NCBI GenBank assembly: GCA_963933835.1
Contig: CAWVVV010000003.1
Location: forward strand, 32,001 to 96,000
Origin: an uncultured Puniceicoccaceae bacterium
GTDB lineage: Bacteria; Verrucomicrobiota; Verrucomicrobiia; Opitutales; Oceanipulchritudinaceae
DNA: 64,000 bases
Direction of reading: 5' to 3'
Part shown: positions 62,756-64,000 of the stretch, in pieces
Layout: every line of letters begins with the position of its first letter
How positions within the stretch are numbered: position 1 is the stretch's first letter
Program-made: the position numbers and the translations under genes
The notes under the pieces: generated by a model
Told to the model about the DNA's origin: nothing
The model's database searches: none
Seen by the model: only the letters and a program-made list of their open reading frames with translations

Positions 62756-62784
62756 CGTAAGCCGTTCTTCTTGGACGGCTTACG
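62756..62784. terminator. Hairpin downstream of tRNA-Asp
   Basis: CGTAAGCCGTTC/GGACGGCTTACG stem; lacks a clear U-tail. Confidence 0.5.
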
Positions 62785-62980
62785 TGTATCTAGAGACAGA
62801 AACTCAAGCTAGAACACGAAAAAAATCCATTTTGAGTCTGCGTAGTGATGATGTCACTTCCGTCCTCATTTCAGGCGCCGAACCTTAGCTGCAAACATGC
62901 TTGCGATAGATCGGATGAAGAACGGGACGCTAGAAAAGAATCAACCAACCTCAGCCCATAGATAACAGAAACGCTCTAAA

Positions 62981-64000
62981 CTACTGTCTCAAATTCTGCT
63001 CAATTGAGTATTTAAGTTGCCGGTAAGCAGCGTTGTTCGGCGCGAGTGTTATAGCTTGGTTGATTGCATCCATCGCGGCAGGCCAGTTTCTTAGCTTCGT
63101 ATAAGCCAAAGCTAGGTTGTATAACCAACGATCTTGGCTGGGGTCTTTTTCCAAGCCCACTAGCAGTCGGTTCGCTGACTGCTCAAAATCACCTCTCTCG
63201 GCCCACAGAAGGCCTTCGGCATAGTAGATAAGTCCTGTTGATCTAGCGACCTCTGGTGCTGACCTCAGGACATCAAAGGCATCTTCAATACGCCCCCCTT
63301 GATCCAGTATGATAGCGCCTTGAAAGTAGACTTCCGGATTAACCGAATCGAAGCCGATTGCTCGTTTAACGTAACGACGGGCTTTTTCTAAATCATTTTC
63401 GCTCACGGCTCTGGCCGCCATCTGTAAGGCAACTCTCGGACGATCTGCATTGGCCGTAAGATATTCCGCATGGTCTGCCTCCCCCTCAGCGGGGAAAACG
63501 CCTCGAGCAGCAAGGACTTCAATCGCTTCAAACCTCACCATGCGCGCTGTATCCTGTAGGAACACCATCAATTGACTGCTAGAGATTTCGCCTGCTGCCA
63601 GCAATTGCACGGCTGCTGCGCGCAAAACAGGTGCCTCATCGGTTAAGTAGGGTTGCACCCAATCGGTTAACTGTGAGGCCTCCGGGCTCTGAGCAAGCAT
63701 CCTTAGATAGGTCGCTTTCCAGTAAGCTTGGTCCGTAGATTCAAATTCTTCGATGATTGCTACGGTTGGGTAAGGCGCAAAAAGGTCGTAGGCCAGAGTG
63801 AGTGTCCGTGCTCGCTTACGACGTTCATCGCGTCGTGGACTATCATACCACTGGTCCGCATGCTCAACGAGCCATTGCAAAGGTTTGTCTTCATGACAAT
63901 TCACGCACACATCGGGACTATTGATTTCATTGCTAAGCTCCGGATCCGGACTGATGAATCCGTGGTCTCGCCGAGGATCACGGCCCATATAGGTTCGTAG
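62981..64000 (-). CDS. C-terminal part of a c-type cytochrome + HEAT + TPR protein (5' end outside window)
   Basis: TYM.RD.RRDHGF..P.P, CVNCH heme motif, HEAT-like repeats, then TPRs. Confidence 0.8.
   Translation of the reverse strand, partial: LRTYMGRDPRRDHGFISPDPELSNEINSPDVCVNCHEDKPLQWLVEHADQWYDSPRRDERRKRARTLTLAYDLFAPYPTVAIIEEFESTDQAYWKATYLRMLAQSPEASQLTDWVQPYLTDEAPVLRAAAVQLLAAGEISSSQLMVFLQDTARMVRFEAIEVLAARGVFPAEGEADHAEYLTANADRPRVALQMAARAVSENDLEKARRYVKRAIGFDSVNPEVYFQGAIILDQGGRIEDAFDVLRSAPEVARSTGLIYYAEGLLWAERGDFEQSANRLLVGLEKDPSQDRWLYNLALAYTKLRNWPAAMDAINQAITLAPNNAAYRQLKYSIEQNLRQ

Overview
Chromosomal window, most likely from a Verrucomicrobiota (Opitutales-like) bacterium; this is inferred from gene content and protein style, not from a search. 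Housekeeping content: mreC-mreD-mrdA, miaA, pyk, mntR, TPP riboswitch plus thiC, clpS, cysS, sufE, rsmI-ppx-slyD, a cold-shock gene, trpF, 6S RNA, mscS, serA-plsY-hom-lysC-thrC, slyX and tRNA-Asp. The best candidate for an undescribed system is a ~9.5 kb purine-nucleoside scavenging locus (3007-12492). It encodes a TonB-dependent receptor, adenine deaminase, a Tat-exported ADA2-like deaminase, an NCS2 permease and a secreted tandem 'NUP' protein with nucleosidase-like motifs, and has a sigma54-like promoter. Other items of interest: a GH20/SSS/MurQ-like pseudo-dimer cluster, an agt-plcP-like lipid remodelling pair, a TtpC-type TonB system, a histone-like/CBM20-like fusion, a candidate pseudoknot leader, a variant TPP aptamer, short periodic repeats around sufE, and several decayed or truncated genes. 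No CRISPR array, integrase or transposase was seen. All calls come from reading motifs by eye; no database searches were run.
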